Source of the DNA: Candidatus Methylomirabilota bacterium
Lineage (GTDB): Bacteria; Methylomirabilota; Methylomirabilia; Rokubacteriales; CSP1-6
Length of the DNA: 64,000 nt
Direction of reading: 5' to 3'
NCBI GenBank assembly: GCA_036001065.1
Contig: DASYUQ010000092.1
Coordinates: 434 to 64,433 of the forward strand
The translations under genes and the position numbers were made by a program. Below are positions 37,974-49,933 of the stretch, in pieces; position 1 is the stretch's first letter, and every line of letters starts with the position of its first letter. The notes beneath the pieces were generated by a model that saw nothing but the letters and a program-made list of their open reading frames with translations, had not been told where the DNA came from and ran no database searches.

Positions 37974-39336
37974 CGTCCTGGCCGCCTGGCTGGCCCGCCA
38001 GCGCTGGTTCGCCGCCAAGACGCGCCGGATCGAGGCGATCGTGATCGAGGACGCGGTACCGCTGGCCGGAGCGGTGATCGCCATCGCCCACGTGACGCTC
38101 GACGACGGCGGGACCGACCGCTACGCGGTCCCCCTCGGCGCCCCCTCGGCGGGTGGCGACGTCGCCGACGCGCTCGACGACCCGCGCTTCTGTCTCGCGC
38201 TCCTCGACCTCATCGCCCGCGGCGCCTCCCGCACCGGCCAGTGGGGTGAGGTCCGCGGAGGCCCGACGTCCGCCTTCCCTCGCGGCCTGGCGCCGGACCT
38301 CCCGGTGCGCCGCCTGGGCGGTGAGCAGAGCAACACGTCCGTCGTCTTCGGGGACGCAGTCATCGTGAAGCACTTCCGGCGTCTCGCCGAGGGGATCAAC
38401 CCGGAGGCGGAGATGACGCGGTTTCTCACCGAGCGCGCGCGCTTCGCCCAGACGCCCCGGCTCTTCGGCCAGCTCGACTACCGGCGCGACGGCGCCACGA
38501 CGACCCTCGCCGTCGCCCAGGAACTGGTGGCCGGCGCCCGCGACGGATGGCAGTGGATGCTGGCGGCGCTGGGAGACTTTTACGATCGCGCGCGCCGCGC
38601 GTCCGGCCCGCCCGACGCGGCGCAGGTACGGGCACTCGCCGGCGCGTCGCTGGGGGCGCTCGACCGGCTCGGCGCGGTGACGGCCGGGCTCCACCGGGCG
38701 CTGGCGTCGGACCCGCACGATGCCGATTTCGCGCCCGAGCCCATCGCGCCCGGCGATCTCGCCGCCTGGAGCCGGGACGTCGGCGCCCGGCTGGAGGCCG
38801 CGCGCGCCGCCCTCGGCCGCGAGGGCCTCGTCGCAGACCTCGACGTGCGGGACGCCCTCGACGGCCTGCGGGGCAGCCAGAAGATCCGCCACCACGGCGA
38901 TCTCCACCTGGGCCAGACGCTCTACCGCGACGGCGACTTCGCGATCATCGACTTCGAGGGCGAGCCGATCCGCCCGCTGGCCGAGCGCCGGCGGAAGCAC
39001 ACGCCCCTGCGCGATGTCGCCGGCTTGCTGCGCTCCATCGATTACGCCGCCCAGGCGTCACGCCCGGCCGGGCTGGAAGCGTGGGTGAGGGCGTGGCAGG
39101 CGGAGGCGGCGCGCGCGCTCCGGGCCGCCTACCGCGCCGGCGCCCGCGGCGCTCCGTTCACCCCGGAGAGGGACGAGGCCTTCGCGCGCGCGGTGGCGGT
39201 CTTCGAGCTGGAAAAGGCCGCCTACGAGATCGTGTACGAGGCCAACCACCGCCCCGACTGGGTGGAGATCCCGACGCGCGGGCTGTTCAGCGCCGCGGCG
39301 CGCCTTCGCCCTTCGCCGGCGGCTGGGGCGGCGTGA
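37948..39336 (+). CDS. pep2: Maltokinase (Pep2/Mak)
   Basis: [21 protein letters not shown]...[37 protein letters not shown]...[10 protein letters not shown]. Follows treS with a 26-nt overlap. Confidence 0.88.
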
Positions 39337-39790
39337 AGAGCATCGACTGCACCTGCCACCCCTCCTGGTCGAAGGACACGATCAGCCCGCTCTCGTAGAA
39401 AAAGGACTTGGGCTGCCCGGCCGCCGACACGCGTGTGGGCTCGCCCCAGCCCTCCAGCACCGTGGGGCGGGTGAAGACGCCCGGTTTCGGCTCGAGCGTG
39501 AGCGAGCGGACGAGTGCGGGTCGATAGCCGGCGGGCGTCAGGAGCCCGAAATCCACGACGAGCCGCCGGATGCCCGCCGGCGCCTGGGGGCCTTCGTACG
39601 CCCACTGCGCGGTGTCGTAGCCGTCGACCTTCTGCGCGGTCGTCCGCGTGGGTCCGCCGTACTGCGCGCGCACCGTGTCCATGGTGCTCTGGCCGGGGTT
39701 GATCGTCCCCCACTCGGCGGCGACGGTCTCGCCGGACAGCGCGAGCAGGGCCAGGGCGATCAGGACCGGCAGCCTCCGCCACCCGCGCAT
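39287..39790 (-). CDS. Hypothetical exported protein
   Basis: The signal-peptide-like N-terminus is MRGWRRLPVLIALALLALSGETVAA. 167 aa with protein-like composition. The convergent 3' end overlaps pep2. Confidence 0.55.
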   Translation of the reverse strand: MRGWRRLPVLIALALLALSGETVAAEWGTINPGQSTMDTVRAQYGGPTRTTAQKVDGYDTAQWAYEGPQAPAGIRRLVVDFGLLTPAGYRPALVRSLTLEPKPGVFTRPTVLEGWGEPTRVSAAGQPKSFFYESGLIVSFDQEGWQVQSMLFTPPQPPAKGEGAPRR

Positions 39791-39796
39791 GGGGCG

Positions 39797-41395
39797 CTAG
39801 AAGCCGAGCGCGACGCCGTCGCCGCGCGGGTCGGCCCCGCCCATCAAGGTCCCGTCGCGCACGAGGATGCCGTGGGCGTGGCCCACTTTGTAGAAGAGCG
39901 CCGGCGCCGGCTTGACGTGGTGGCCCTTGCGAGCGAGCCCGGCGAATACGCGCGGCGGCACCCGGCTCTCGAGGTTGATGGTGTCGGCGGGCTCGCCCGG
40001 CAGGAACGCGCCGATCAGGAACCGTGGCCGCTCGATCGCCTCCTGGATGTCCATGCCGTAGTCGAGGACGTTGGTCAGCACCTGGACGTGGAACATGGCC
40101 TGCCCGTTGCCACCCATGGTGGCGAAGCCCAGCCGGGGGCGCTCGTCGCAGGTGACGATGGAGGCGATCAGCGTGTGGAAGGGTCGCTTGCGGGGAGCGA
40201 AGACGCTCGGATGCGCGGGCTCCACACTGAAGTGCCGGCCACGATTTTGGAGAACGACGCCCGTGCCCGGCGCCACCACGCCCGAACCGAAGGCGTTGAA
40301 GAGGCTCTGGATGACGCTGATCACGTTGCCGCGCCCGTCGGCCACGAGGAAGCCGGTGGTATCGCCCTCGGGCTCGCCCGGCGCGTATGATCCGGCCTTC
40401 TTCGGATCGAACTCCCGGCGGCGCAGCGCCGCGTACTCCTTGTCGAGGAGCGATCCAACCGGCACCCGCGCGTGCTCGGGGTCACCGATCCAGCGGTCAC
40501 GGTCGGCGTAGGCGAGCTTGATGACCTCGATGAGCAGGTGCAGGTGCTCGACCGAGTGGACGCGGTGGCGCGCGAGCGGGAAGCCCTCCAGCAGGTTGAA
40601 GGCCAGCAGGGCGGCCAGGCCCTGGGTCGGCGGCGGCGTCTGGTAGATCGTCTGGCCGCGATACGTCGTCGCGATCGGCTCGCCCCACTCGCCGGTGTGA
40701 GCCGCCAGGTCAGCGGCCGTCAGAAAGCCGTCCCGCTCGAGCCGCCGGGCGATCGCCTCGGCGACTCGTCCCCGATAGAAGAGGTCGGGACCCTCGGCCC
40801 CGAGGTCGCGGAGCGTGCGCGCCAGATCGGGCTGGACGAACAGCGCACCGAGGTCCGGCGCCCGGTCGCCGGGGCAGAAGATCCGCCGCCACTCCGGGTC
40901 CGGATTCTGGGGGGCCAGCTCGGCGATCGCCTGACTCACGATGGAGGTGAGGGGGAAGCCGCGCTCGGCGTAATGGATGGCCGGCCCCAGCAGCTCGCCG
41001 AGCGGGCGCGTGCCGAAGCGCTCGAGCAGCATGACCCAGCCGCGTACGCAGCCCGGCACGCTCACCGTGGCCGGGCCGAGCGTGGGCAGCCGATCCATCC
41101 CCCGCCGGCGCAGCTCCGGGAGCCCCGCCCGCGAGCCCGACCGGCCGGCGCCGTTGAGGAAGTGCACGCGCCGCGTCGCCGCCTCGTAGTAGAGGCAGAA
41201 GATGTCGCCGCCCACACCACAGTTGTTCGGCTGCGTCACCGCCAGCACGGCGTTCGTGGCGACGGCGGCGTCGGCCGCGGTGCCGCCGGCCTTGAGCACC
41301 TCGACGCCGGCGAGCGTCGCCAGCGGGTGGGCCGAGGCCACCATGCCGTCGTGGCCGAGCGCCACCGGGCGGTACGAATATCCGATCTGGGGCAC
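39797..41395 (-). CDS. ggt: Gamma-glutamyltransferase family protein
   Basis: GMVASAHPLATLAGVEVLKAGGTAADAAVATNAVLAVTQPNNCGVGGD...TTGFLVADGRGNV. The GTG at 41395 is just downstream of the upstream gene stop at 41400. Confidence 0.88.
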   Translation of the reverse strand: MPQIGYSYRPVALGHDGMVASAHPLATLAGVEVLKAGGTAADAAVATNAVLAVTQPNNCGVGGDIFCLYYEAATRRVHFLNGAGRSGSRAGLPELRRRGMDRLPTLGPATVSVPGCVRGWVMLLERFGTRPLGELLGPAIHYAERGFPLTSIVSQAIAELAPQNPDPEWRRIFCPGDRAPDLGALFVQPDLARTLRDLGAEGPDLFYRGRVAEAIARRLERDGFLTAADLAAHTGEWGEPIATTYRGQTIYQTPPPTQGLAALLAFNLLEGFPLARHRVHSVEHLHLLIEVIKLAYADRDRWIGDPEHARVPVGSLLDKEYAALRRREFDPKKAGSYAPGEPEGDTTGFLVADGRGNVISVIQSLFNAFGSGVVAPGTGVVLQNRGRHFSVEPAHPSVFAPRKRPFHTLIASIVTCDERPRLGFATMGGNGQAMFHVQVLTNVLDYGMDIQEAIERPRFLIGAFLPGEPADTINLESRVPPRVFAGLARKGHHVKPAPALFYKVGHAHGILVRDGTLMGGADPRGDGVALGF

Positions 41396-41399
41396 CGGG

Positions 41400-42419
41400 C
41401 TAGCCTCCCGAGAAGAGCTTGGAGATCTCGTCCTGGGGAAAAACCGGCAGCGGCCGTTCCCCGGTTCCGTCCACCAGCACGACGCCGCGGTCCCGCGGGA
41501 CGACCTGGCCGATGTAGTGGCTGTCGATCCCCTCGCGGGCGAGGGCGTGGATGACGATGGACGCATCCGCGGGCCCCAGCGTCATCAGCAGGGCGCCGGA
41601 AGCGATCGTGCCCAGCGGATCGAGTCCGCAGGCGCGGCACAGCTCCGCACCCTCGGGCAGCACGACGATGCGCTCGCGATCGATGCGGAGGCCCACCCCC
41701 GCCGCCTGGGCCAGCTCCCAGAGCGCGGTGGCGATGCCCCCCTCCGTCGGGTCGTGCATGGCGTGGACCGTGGCCAGCTCGCAGGCGATCTCGGCCTCGG
41801 GCAGGACGCTGAGCCCCGGCGATTTCAGAAACGCCTTGGCCTTCTTGATGGTGGACACGCGGACCCCGCGCGCGAGCAGCTCGGCCTCGCGCTCGCGCGC
41901 GATGATGGCGGCGCCCTCCAGCGGCACGCCCTTGGTCATGACGACGGCGTCACCCACCTGCGCCCCGCCCGTGGTCACGAGCTTGTCCTTGGCCACCTCG
42001 CCGAGCATGGTGCCGGCGACGATCGGGCGGTCCAGGCCGTGGGTGATCTCGGTGTGGCCCCCGACCAGGGCGACGTCGAGCTCCTGGCAGGCCTCGGCGA
42101 GCTGGTCGAGCAGCGCCGTCGCCGACTCCTCGGTCGTGCGGCCTTCGGGCAGCAGGAGCGTCGCCAGGAACCACCGGGGCCGGGCGCCGCGGACCGCGAC
42201 GTCGTTGGCGTTGACTTGCAGCGCGTACCAGGCGACGTCATCGGCGGCGAAGGTGATGGGGTCGGTGGTGGCCACCAGGTAGCGGTCGCCCACGTCGATC
42301 ACGGCGGCGTCCTCGCCCACGCGCGGGCCCACGACGACCCGGGGGTCCTTCACCGGGTGCTTGTCGAAGATCGCCTGGAGCGCCTGGGCGCGGAGCTTGC
42401 CAACCGGTAGGCAATTCAT
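41400..42419 (-). CDS. AIR synthase-related protein (PurM/HypE/ThiL superfamily)
   Basis: VGEDAAVIDVGDRYLVATTDPITF...YALQVNANDVAVRGARPRWFLATLLLPEG...VGGHTE. Confidence 0.8.
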   Translation of the reverse strand: MNCLPVGKLRAQALQAIFDKHPVKDPRVVVGPRVGEDAAVIDVGDRYLVATTDPITFAADDVAWYALQVNANDVAVRGARPRWFLATLLLPEGRTTEESATALLDQLAEACQELDVALVGGHTEITHGLDRPIVAGTMLGEVAKDKLVTTGGAQVGDAVVMTKGVPLEGAAIIAREREAELLARGVRVSTIKKAKAFLKSPGLSVLPEAEIACELATVHAMHDPTEGGIATALWELAQAAGVGLRIDRERIVVLPEGAELCRACGLDPLGTIASGALLMTLGPADASIVIHALAREGIDSHYIGQVVPRDRGVVLVDGTGERPLPVFPQDEISKLFSGG

Positions 42420-42444
42420 CGCGGTGACCCGTAGTATACCCGAC

Positions 42445-43356
42445 GTGCCCCGGCCGCTCATCGAGTGCGTCCCCAACGTCAGCGAGGGACGCGACCGCGC
42501 CCTGATCGAGCGCCTCGCCGCGACGCTGGGCGGGCAGCCCGGCGTGACGCTGATGAACGTCCACGCCGACCCCGATCATCACCGCTCGGTCTTCTCGTTC
42601 CTGGGCCCGCCGGCGGCCGTGGAAGCCGCCGCGCTCGCGCTCGCCGACCGCGTGCTGGAGGCGATCGACCTCCGCACGCACCACGGCATCCATCCCCGTA
42701 TCGGCGCGCTCGACGTGCTGCCCTTCGTCCCGCTGGCTGAGCTGTCGATGGCCGAGACCGTCGAGGTCGCGCGCCGGGTCGGCCGGACGCTCGCCGCCCG
42801 TCACCATCTGCCCGTCTACTACTACGGGCGGGCCGCCACCGGACCGGGACGGCGGCGGCTGCCCGACGCCCGGCGCGGAGGCTACGAGGGGCTGGCCGAA
42901 CGTTTGCGCGGCGCCGATCCACCCGACGACGGGCCCGGGCGCTTCGATCCGCGGGCGGGCGCGGTGCTGGTCGGCGCGCGCGACATCCTCGTCGCGTTCA
43001 ACGTGTGGCTCGACGGGGGCGATCTCGAGGCCGCCCGCGCCATCGCCCGCGCCGTCCGCGAATCGAGTGGCGGGCTGGCGGGGGTCCAGGCGATGGGGCT
43101 CTTGCTGGTCAGCCGCGGGATCGCCCAGGTCTCGATGAACCTCCTCGACTACCGTACGACGCCGATCCCGGCCGCGTTCGACCGGGTGAAGGAAGAGGCC
43201 GGGCGGCGAGGAATCGGCGTCCGCGGCAGCGAGCTCGTCGGCGTGGCGCCGCGGGCGGCCTTCCGAGGGCGCTCGCCCGCGAGCGTGGGCCTGCCCGACT
43301 TCACCTCCGATCTGCTCCTGGATTCGTACCTGACGAGGGCGCTCGGCGGCGAGTAG
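42445..43356 (+). CDS. Glutamate formimidoyltransferase
   Basis: LIECVPNVSEGRDRALIERL...HADPDHHRSVFSF...HPRIGALDVLPFVPL is the FtcD N-terminal domain pattern. Confidence 0.85.
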   Translation: MPRPLIECVPNVSEGRDRALIERLAATLGGQPGVTLMNVHADPDHHRSVFSFLGPPAAVEAAALALADRVLEAIDLRTHHGIHPRIGALDVLPFVPLAELSMAETVEVARRVGRTLAARHHLPVYYYGRAATGPGRRRLPDARRGGYEGLAERLRGADPPDDGPGRFDPRAGAVLVGARDILVAFNVWLDGGDLEAARAIARAVRESSGGLAGVQAMGLLLVSRGIAQVSMNLLDYRTTPIPAAFDRVKEEAGRRGIGVRGSELVGVAPRAAFRGRSPASVGLPDFTSDLLLDSYLTRALGGE

Positions 43357-43358
43357 CC

Positions 43359-44615
43359 TCAGGCCGGCGGGGCGTCGCCGGACCAGTCCAGGACGAGGCA
43401 GGTCCAGCGGTTAGGGACGACGATCTCGCCGGCGGCGGCGTGGTAGTCGACGTCGGTCGGATAGGCCCGGATCCGCAACCCTTCGGTACCCGGACGGCCG
43501 GCGGCGTTCCAGGCCTGGACTTCATCGAGCAGCCGACGCACCAGCGCCTCGTCATCACCGAACCCGCGCACGAAGAGGTCGAACGCAGGTGGATTCGCCG
43601 CCTGTTCGGCCGGAGACGCGTCGCATGGCGGGCGCATCAGAAAGCAGGCCCCATGCTCCTCGAACAGTCCTGCCGAGCTGCAGTACTTCCCAGCCAGCGC
43701 GAAGAGATAGGGCACGGCGCTCCCGTCCGCGCTCGGTCCCTCGGCCTCGAACCAACAGAAGACACCTGGTTCGTGGAGCGCCATCCAGGGGATCAACCCG
43801 CCGTAGACCTCAGGGGGCGTCAATCGCACCGCCGCCGGCGTGTCCCGGGGCGGTCCGGTCAGCAGCGCGTAGGCCGCCTCGGTGTTGACCTGTCCGGGGT
43901 CCCTCACCCAGAGACTCAGGCCGGACGCAGGCCCGAGCGGTAGGCGCGTCACCGCAGGAGCGAAGGCGCCGCGGAGCGGAATGAACAGACATTCCTTTAC
44001 CGAAACACTGACCAAGTGGCGGTCTCCGGGTTCGAACGCCACCGATTTCTGAGCCCCTCCCACCATCAAAGGCAGGACCAGGCGTCCGCCCCGCTTCAAT
44101 TGCTCGCGCCAAGCGGGGGCCACGTCCCCGGCACCTACCGTCAGAATGATGCGGTCGTAGGGCGCGGCCTCCGAGTAGCCGAAGCCTCCATCCCTACAGA
44201 TCACTCGCACGCGGTCGAATCCGGCCGCCGCCAGGTGCGTGCGGGCCTCGTCGACGATGTCCTGGTCGATGTCGACGGTGGTGACGTCTCCGGTCTCTCC
44301 CACGATATGAGCGATGAGAGCAGCGTTGTAGCCGGTACCGGCGCCGATCTCCAGGACGCGATGGCCGGGCTCCAGGCCGAGCTGCTCGAGCATCACCGCC
44401 ATGATTTGCGGCTGTGACGAGGAGCTGACCGCCTCACCCGCCACCGTCTTCGTGATGATGTACCGGTCGCGGTAGACCTCTTCTACCGCCACGCCCGGCA
44501 GGAACAGATCACGCGGCACCTCACGAAACGCCCGCTCGATCCGGGGCGAGCGGATGTGGCCGTCCGCTTTGACCTTGTCGACGAGGGCCTGACGCAGCGC
44601 CGATATCTCCGCCAT
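43359..44615 (-). CDS. Protein-L-isoaspartate O-methyltransferase-family methyltransferase with a C-terminal domain of about 200 aa
   Basis: RAFREVPRDLFLP...SSSQPQIMAVMLEQLGLEPGHRVLEIGAGTGYNAALIAHIVG...RIILTVGAGDVAPAWREQLKRGGRLVLPL. 418 aa total. Confidence 0.8.
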   Translation of the reverse strand: MAEISALRQALVDKVKADGHIRSPRIERAFREVPRDLFLPGVAVEEVYRDRYIITKTVAGEAVSSSSQPQIMAVMLEQLGLEPGHRVLEIGAGTGYNAALIAHIVGETGDVTTVDIDQDIVDEARTHLAAAGFDRVRVICRDGGFGYSEAAPYDRIILTVGAGDVAPAWREQLKRGGRLVLPLMVGGAQKSVAFEPGDRHLVSVSVKECLFIPLRGAFAPAVTRLPLGPASGLSLWVRDPGQVNTEAAYALLTGPPRDTPAAVRLTPPEVYGGLIPWMALHEPGVFCWFEAEGPSADGSAVPYLFALAGKYCSSAGLFEEHGACFLMRPPCDASPAEQAANPPAFDLFVRGFGDDEALVRRLLDEVQAWNAAGRPGTEGLRIRAYPTDVDYHAAAGEIVVPNRWTCLVLDWSGDAPPA

Positions 44616-44632
44616 TGCAGTCTCGACGCGAC

Positions 44633-44724
44633 CCTAGTGCCGTTCCAACTTGTTGATACTAAATCTGTCCACGAACGACGTACACGGTGCCTTCCTAGGC
44701 GCGAATAGTTGGAACGGCACTAGG
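44633..44724. repeat. Perfect 18-bp inverted repeat with a 56-nt AT-rich spacer
   Basis: cCTAGTGCCGTTCCAACT (44633-44650) pairs with AGTTGGAACGGCACTAGg (44707-44724). The right arm contains the stop codon of the DUF2889 gene. It lies 18 nt upstream of the methyltransferase start. Confidence 0.85.
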
Positions 44725-45616
44725 CCGCGAGTAGCTTCAGGAGGTCGGCCGTCAGGTCGTAGAGCTGCGCGCAGCCCGGGGGGCCGCCGAGGAGGATGCC
44801 GATCCGCTTGCGCAAGCCCTCGTCCACGGTCTCGCCGATCAGGGAGCGGATCTTGCTCTGAGGCTCGGAGCAGATCCCCATGTAGGGGAGCTTCGGCGTG
44901 ACATGCTCGGCCCGGACGATCACGCCGGTGGCCAGATCGACCTCACAGGTGATCTCGAAGCCGTGGACGTTGTCGTGCATGGAGTGGAAGAGGCCGAGCC
45001 GTCCCCGGCCCCGCTCGAGCCGCGCCAGCTTGTGGCGCACGAAGACGCGGCGCTGGCCGGGACGGGGGCTGTAGAGATCGGGCCCCATCGGCGTTGCCAC
45101 CGTCCGCGTGGCGACCAGCGCCCGGCCCGCGCTGCTGTACGTGAAGCACGAGTCGGGCAGGTCGATCCACCCGGTCGTGTCGAGCTGCCAGCATTCCCAG
45201 GCGCTGCCGCCGGCCGCCCGCTCGGCGCGCTCCCGCGGCACCTTCGTCACCTGGCGCGCCAGCCGCGCGATCTCGATGGCGGCGTCCACGACCAGCGCGG
45301 CGCCGTCGCCCGACCCCGTCGCCTCCGCCACGCGTCGCGCGAACCCCGCGACCATCCGGGCGCCGGCCAGCGTCTCGACGCCGCGCTCGACCTCGGGCGC
45401 GACCGGGCCGCCGAGCACACGGCAGCGCGCCGCGCGGATCTCATACGCCGGCGAGGGCGCGGCGATCGCCGCCAGCTCGATGGCGCGATCGTCGTCGCGC
45501 AGCCGCACGGTGTGGGTCAGGGCGTCGTCGTGGGTGTTGTCGGTCCACCCCTCCATGACGCGCTGGTAGCGGTCGCGCGCCCGGAGCACCCGCGGGTCGA
45601 GCCCGGGCGCGGTCAC
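44720..45616 (-). CDS. DUF2889-family protein
   Basis: 298 aa. The C-terminal LLGGPPGCAQLYDLTADLLKLL is typical of DUF2889. The GTG overlaps the upstream TGA. Confidence 0.65.
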   Translation of the reverse strand: MTAPGLDPRVLRARDRYQRVMEGWTDNTHDDALTHTVRLRDDDRAIELAAIAAPSPAYEIRAARCRVLGGPVAPEVERGVETLAGARMVAGFARRVAEATGSGDGAALVVDAAIEIARLARQVTKVPRERAERAAGGSAWECWQLDTTGWIDLPDSCFTYSSAGRALVATRTVATPMGPDLYSPRPGQRRVFVRHKLARLERGRGRLGLFHSMHDNVHGFEITCEVDLATGVIVRAEHVTPKLPYMGICSEPQSKIRSLIGETVDEGLRKRIGILLGGPPGCAQLYDLTADLLKLLAA

Positions 45617-45762
45617 TTCTTGCCGAGATACTTCTCGGGCTCGCGATCGAACTTCTGCTTGCAGCCCACGGCGCAGAAGTAATAGGTCTGCCCCTGGTAC
45701 GTGGACTGCGCCGCCGCCTTGGGGGGCTCGACGGTCATCTTGCAGACGGGATCGACGGCCAT
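45613..45762 (-). CDS. YHS/TRASH-domain small metal-binding protein (49 aa, below the track cutoff)
   Basis: Hand translation gives MAVDPVCKMTVEPPKAAAQSTYQGQTYYFCAVGCKQKFDREPEKYLGKK. There is a strong RBS (GAGGAGGAGtcgcATG). Confidence 0.8.
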   Translation of the reverse strand: MAVDPVCKMTVEPPKAAAQSTYQGQTYYFCAVGCKQKFDREPEKYLGKK

Positions 45763-45773
45763 GCGACTCCTCC

Positions 45774-48002
<2,229 letters not shown>

Positions 48003-48010
48003 GCCCGGCC

Positions 48011-48292
48011 TCACTTCACTCCGAACCGGGAGAAGACGTCCAGCAGCTCGTCCATCTTGCGCTGCCGCTCGCCCTTCGACCCGGACCGGAACGCGTCGGC
48101 GACGCACGATTCGATGTGCCGCCCCAGCAGCAGCTTCTGGACCTGCTCGAGGGCCCCCTGCACCGCCGAGATCTGCAGCAGGATGTCCACGCAGTACGCC
48201 TCGCCGGCGATCATCCGCTGCAGCCCCTGCACCTGGCCCTCGATACGCCGCAGCCGTCCCCGCGCCTTGCTCTTCGTCGTCTCGTCGATCAT
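48011..48292 (-). CDS. csoR: CsoR-family copper-sensing repressor
   Basis: [39 protein letters not shown]...HIESC (Cys-His-Cys ligand pattern). Confidence 0.9.
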   Translation of the reverse strand: MIDETTKSKARGRLRRIEGQVQGLQRMIAGEAYCVDILLQISAVQGALEQVQKLLLGRHIESCVADAFRSGSKGERQRKMDELLDVFSRFGVK

Positions 48293-48320
48293 GTCACCCC
48301 CGCCCGGCCCCCTCGCCCAT

Positions 48321-48337
48321 ATACCCTATGGGGGTAT
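48321..48337. promoter_or_regulatory. Putative CsoR operator
   Basis: ATACCCTATGGGGGTAT is a GC-tract inverted repeat (ATACCC-N5-GGGTAT) 29 nt upstream of the csoR start. It is nearly identical in form to the B. subtilis copZA operator type (TACCC...GGGGTA). Confidence 0.65.
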
Positions 48338-48383
48338 TATGGGGCCCCGAGCCCGGCCCGGTCAAGCTCCCGTCGGCGCCGGC

Positions 48384-48794
48384 TCAGAGCTCGAAGAGCA
48401 GCTGCTGCTCGGCGGCGGAGTTGGCGGCGCGGGGCCGGCGCGGCCGCCCCTTCGAGCGCCGGCTCCGCCGGCGCAACCCCTTCCTGGGGGAGGCCTCGGA
48501 GGGGGCCGCCGAGGCCCCCTCCGACGAGGACGGGGGGCGACGCCCCCCTCCGAGCTTCTTCCAGCCCTTCTGGTGGGCGATACGGTCGCCCTGCTTGATC
48601 ACCAGCAGGTCGACCAGGCGGGCCAGCGGGCTGCGCAGGAGGATGAGGTACTTCTCCCAGTAGCGCGGGGAGAGGGCCAGCGTCCGCATCTGGTCGACGG
48701 CCAGCGTCAGCGCGGCGCGGTCGCCCTTCTTGGCGGCGGCGCGGAGTTCGCCGAGGATCCTGCCTCTCGACAGCCGGGAGGGCGGGGAGCTCAC
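48384..48794 (-). CDS. Hypothetical protein with a basic, low-complexity C-terminal tail
   Basis: 136-aa ORF. The N-terminal 75 aa look globular (RILGELRAAAKKGDRAALTLAVDQMRTLALSPRYWEKYLILLRSPLARLVDLLVIKQGD). It follows the MetE-like gene by 4 nt. Confidence 0.45.
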   Translation of the reverse strand: MSSPPSRLSRGRILGELRAAAKKGDRAALTLAVDQMRTLALSPRYWEKYLILLRSPLARLVDLLVIKQGDRIAHQKGWKKLGGGRRPPSSSEGASAAPSEASPRKGLRRRSRRSKGRPRRPRAANSAAEQQLLFEL

Positions 48795-48798
48795 GTGT

Positions 48799-49854
48799 TC
48801 AGGGCTTGCCGCTGAGCTCGCGGCGCAGCAGGCGGGCGGCTTCCACCATCGAACGCAGCTTGGAGACGGCCACCCATCGCGGCGTCTCCCAGAGCCCGCA
48901 GTCGGGGGCCAGCCACAACCGCTCGGCCGGGACGTGCTTGAGCGCCAGGCGGGCGCGGGCGGCGACCTCCTCGGGCGACTCGATGCGAAAGGCCTTCACG
49001 TCGACGACCCCCACGGCGACCTCCTTGTCCGTCGGGTGCACGCTCCACAGCTCGATCTCCGCCATCTCACGGTTGGCGTACTCGAAGACGAACTGCTGCA
49101 CGGGGGCGTCGACGATCTGCGGGTAGAGCGTGCTGTAGTGCCGGGGGGTCGCGAAGGAGTTGTTGTGGGCGTTGCCGAAGCACACGTGGAGGGCGAGCTT
49201 GGCCGACACGCCCTGCACCACCTCCCGCAACGCCTCCAGCATGGGGCCGGGCCCGGCCCTGACGATGCGGTGCTTGCCGGCGCTCATCACGTAGTTCGGC
49301 TCGTCGATCTGGATAAAGTCGCAGCCGGCCTCGACCAGACTCCGGACCTCGCGGCGGACGATGGCGACGAGATCGGCCACCAGCGTCTCCTCGGACGCGT
49401 AGGGTCCACCGCGCCTGAGCGGCATCAGCAGCGTCAGGGGCCCCGGCACCGCCACGCGCAGGGGGCGGTCGGCGTGGGCGCACGCGAACCGGAACTCGTC
49501 GACGATTCCCAGGCCTGCCGGCGCCTCGATGCGCCCCACAACCTGGTACGGGCAGTGAGAGTCGTAGTTGGCCGGGCCCAGGCGGCGCGGAACGGCGAGA
49601 GGCTCGAGGCCGGTCAGGCGGCTGTAGAAACCGCGGATGAAGGTGACGCGACGCATCTCGCCGTCGGAGATGACGTCCACGCCCGCCTCGATCTGATCGC
49701 GGATAGCGATCCGGACGGCGTCGTCATAGGCTTCCTGGATGTCGGTCGGGCCGAGCCGGTTGGCGTCCGTGGCCTCGCGGACGAGATAGAGCCACGAGGG
49801 CAGGGCGTGCGACCCGACCACCGTCGTCGGCAGCAGTGGCAGCTCCCGGGCCAT
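48799..49854 (-). CDS. Cobalamin-independent methionine synthase family protein (MetE C-terminal-domain-like)
   Basis: LPTTVVGSHALPSWL...AIRDQIEAGVDVISDGEMRR...FIQIDEP...LHVCFGN. Confidence 0.8.
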   Translation of the reverse strand: MARELPLLPTTVVGSHALPSWLYLVREATDANRLGPTDIQEAYDDAVRIAIRDQIEAGVDVISDGEMRRVTFIRGFYSRLTGLEPLAVPRRLGPANYDSHCPYQVVGRIEAPAGLGIVDEFRFACAHADRPLRVAVPGPLTLLMPLRRGGPYASEETLVADLVAIVRREVRSLVEAGCDFIQIDEPNYVMSAGKHRIVRAGPGPMLEALREVVQGVSAKLALHVCFGNAHNNSFATPRHYSTLYPQIVDAPVQQFVFEYANREMAEIELWSVHPTDKEVAVGVVDVKAFRIESPEEVAARARLALKHVPAERLWLAPDCGLWETPRWVAVSKLRSMVEAARLLRRELSGKP

Positions 49855-49933
49855 GCTGGCCGGATGCTACCACGGCCCCGGCCGCCATGGCCGCCCCCCG
49901 CGATGCGCTCCCGATCCACGTGTGCGAACGTCG

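Noticed and set aside
41400-42419. SelD (selenophosphate synthetase), considered because a selenoprotein is predicted in the window
   Set aside because: The N-terminus lacks the SelD Cys/Sec-Gly-x-Lys loop. The sequence looks like generic HypE/ThiL-type AIR-synthase-related proteins.
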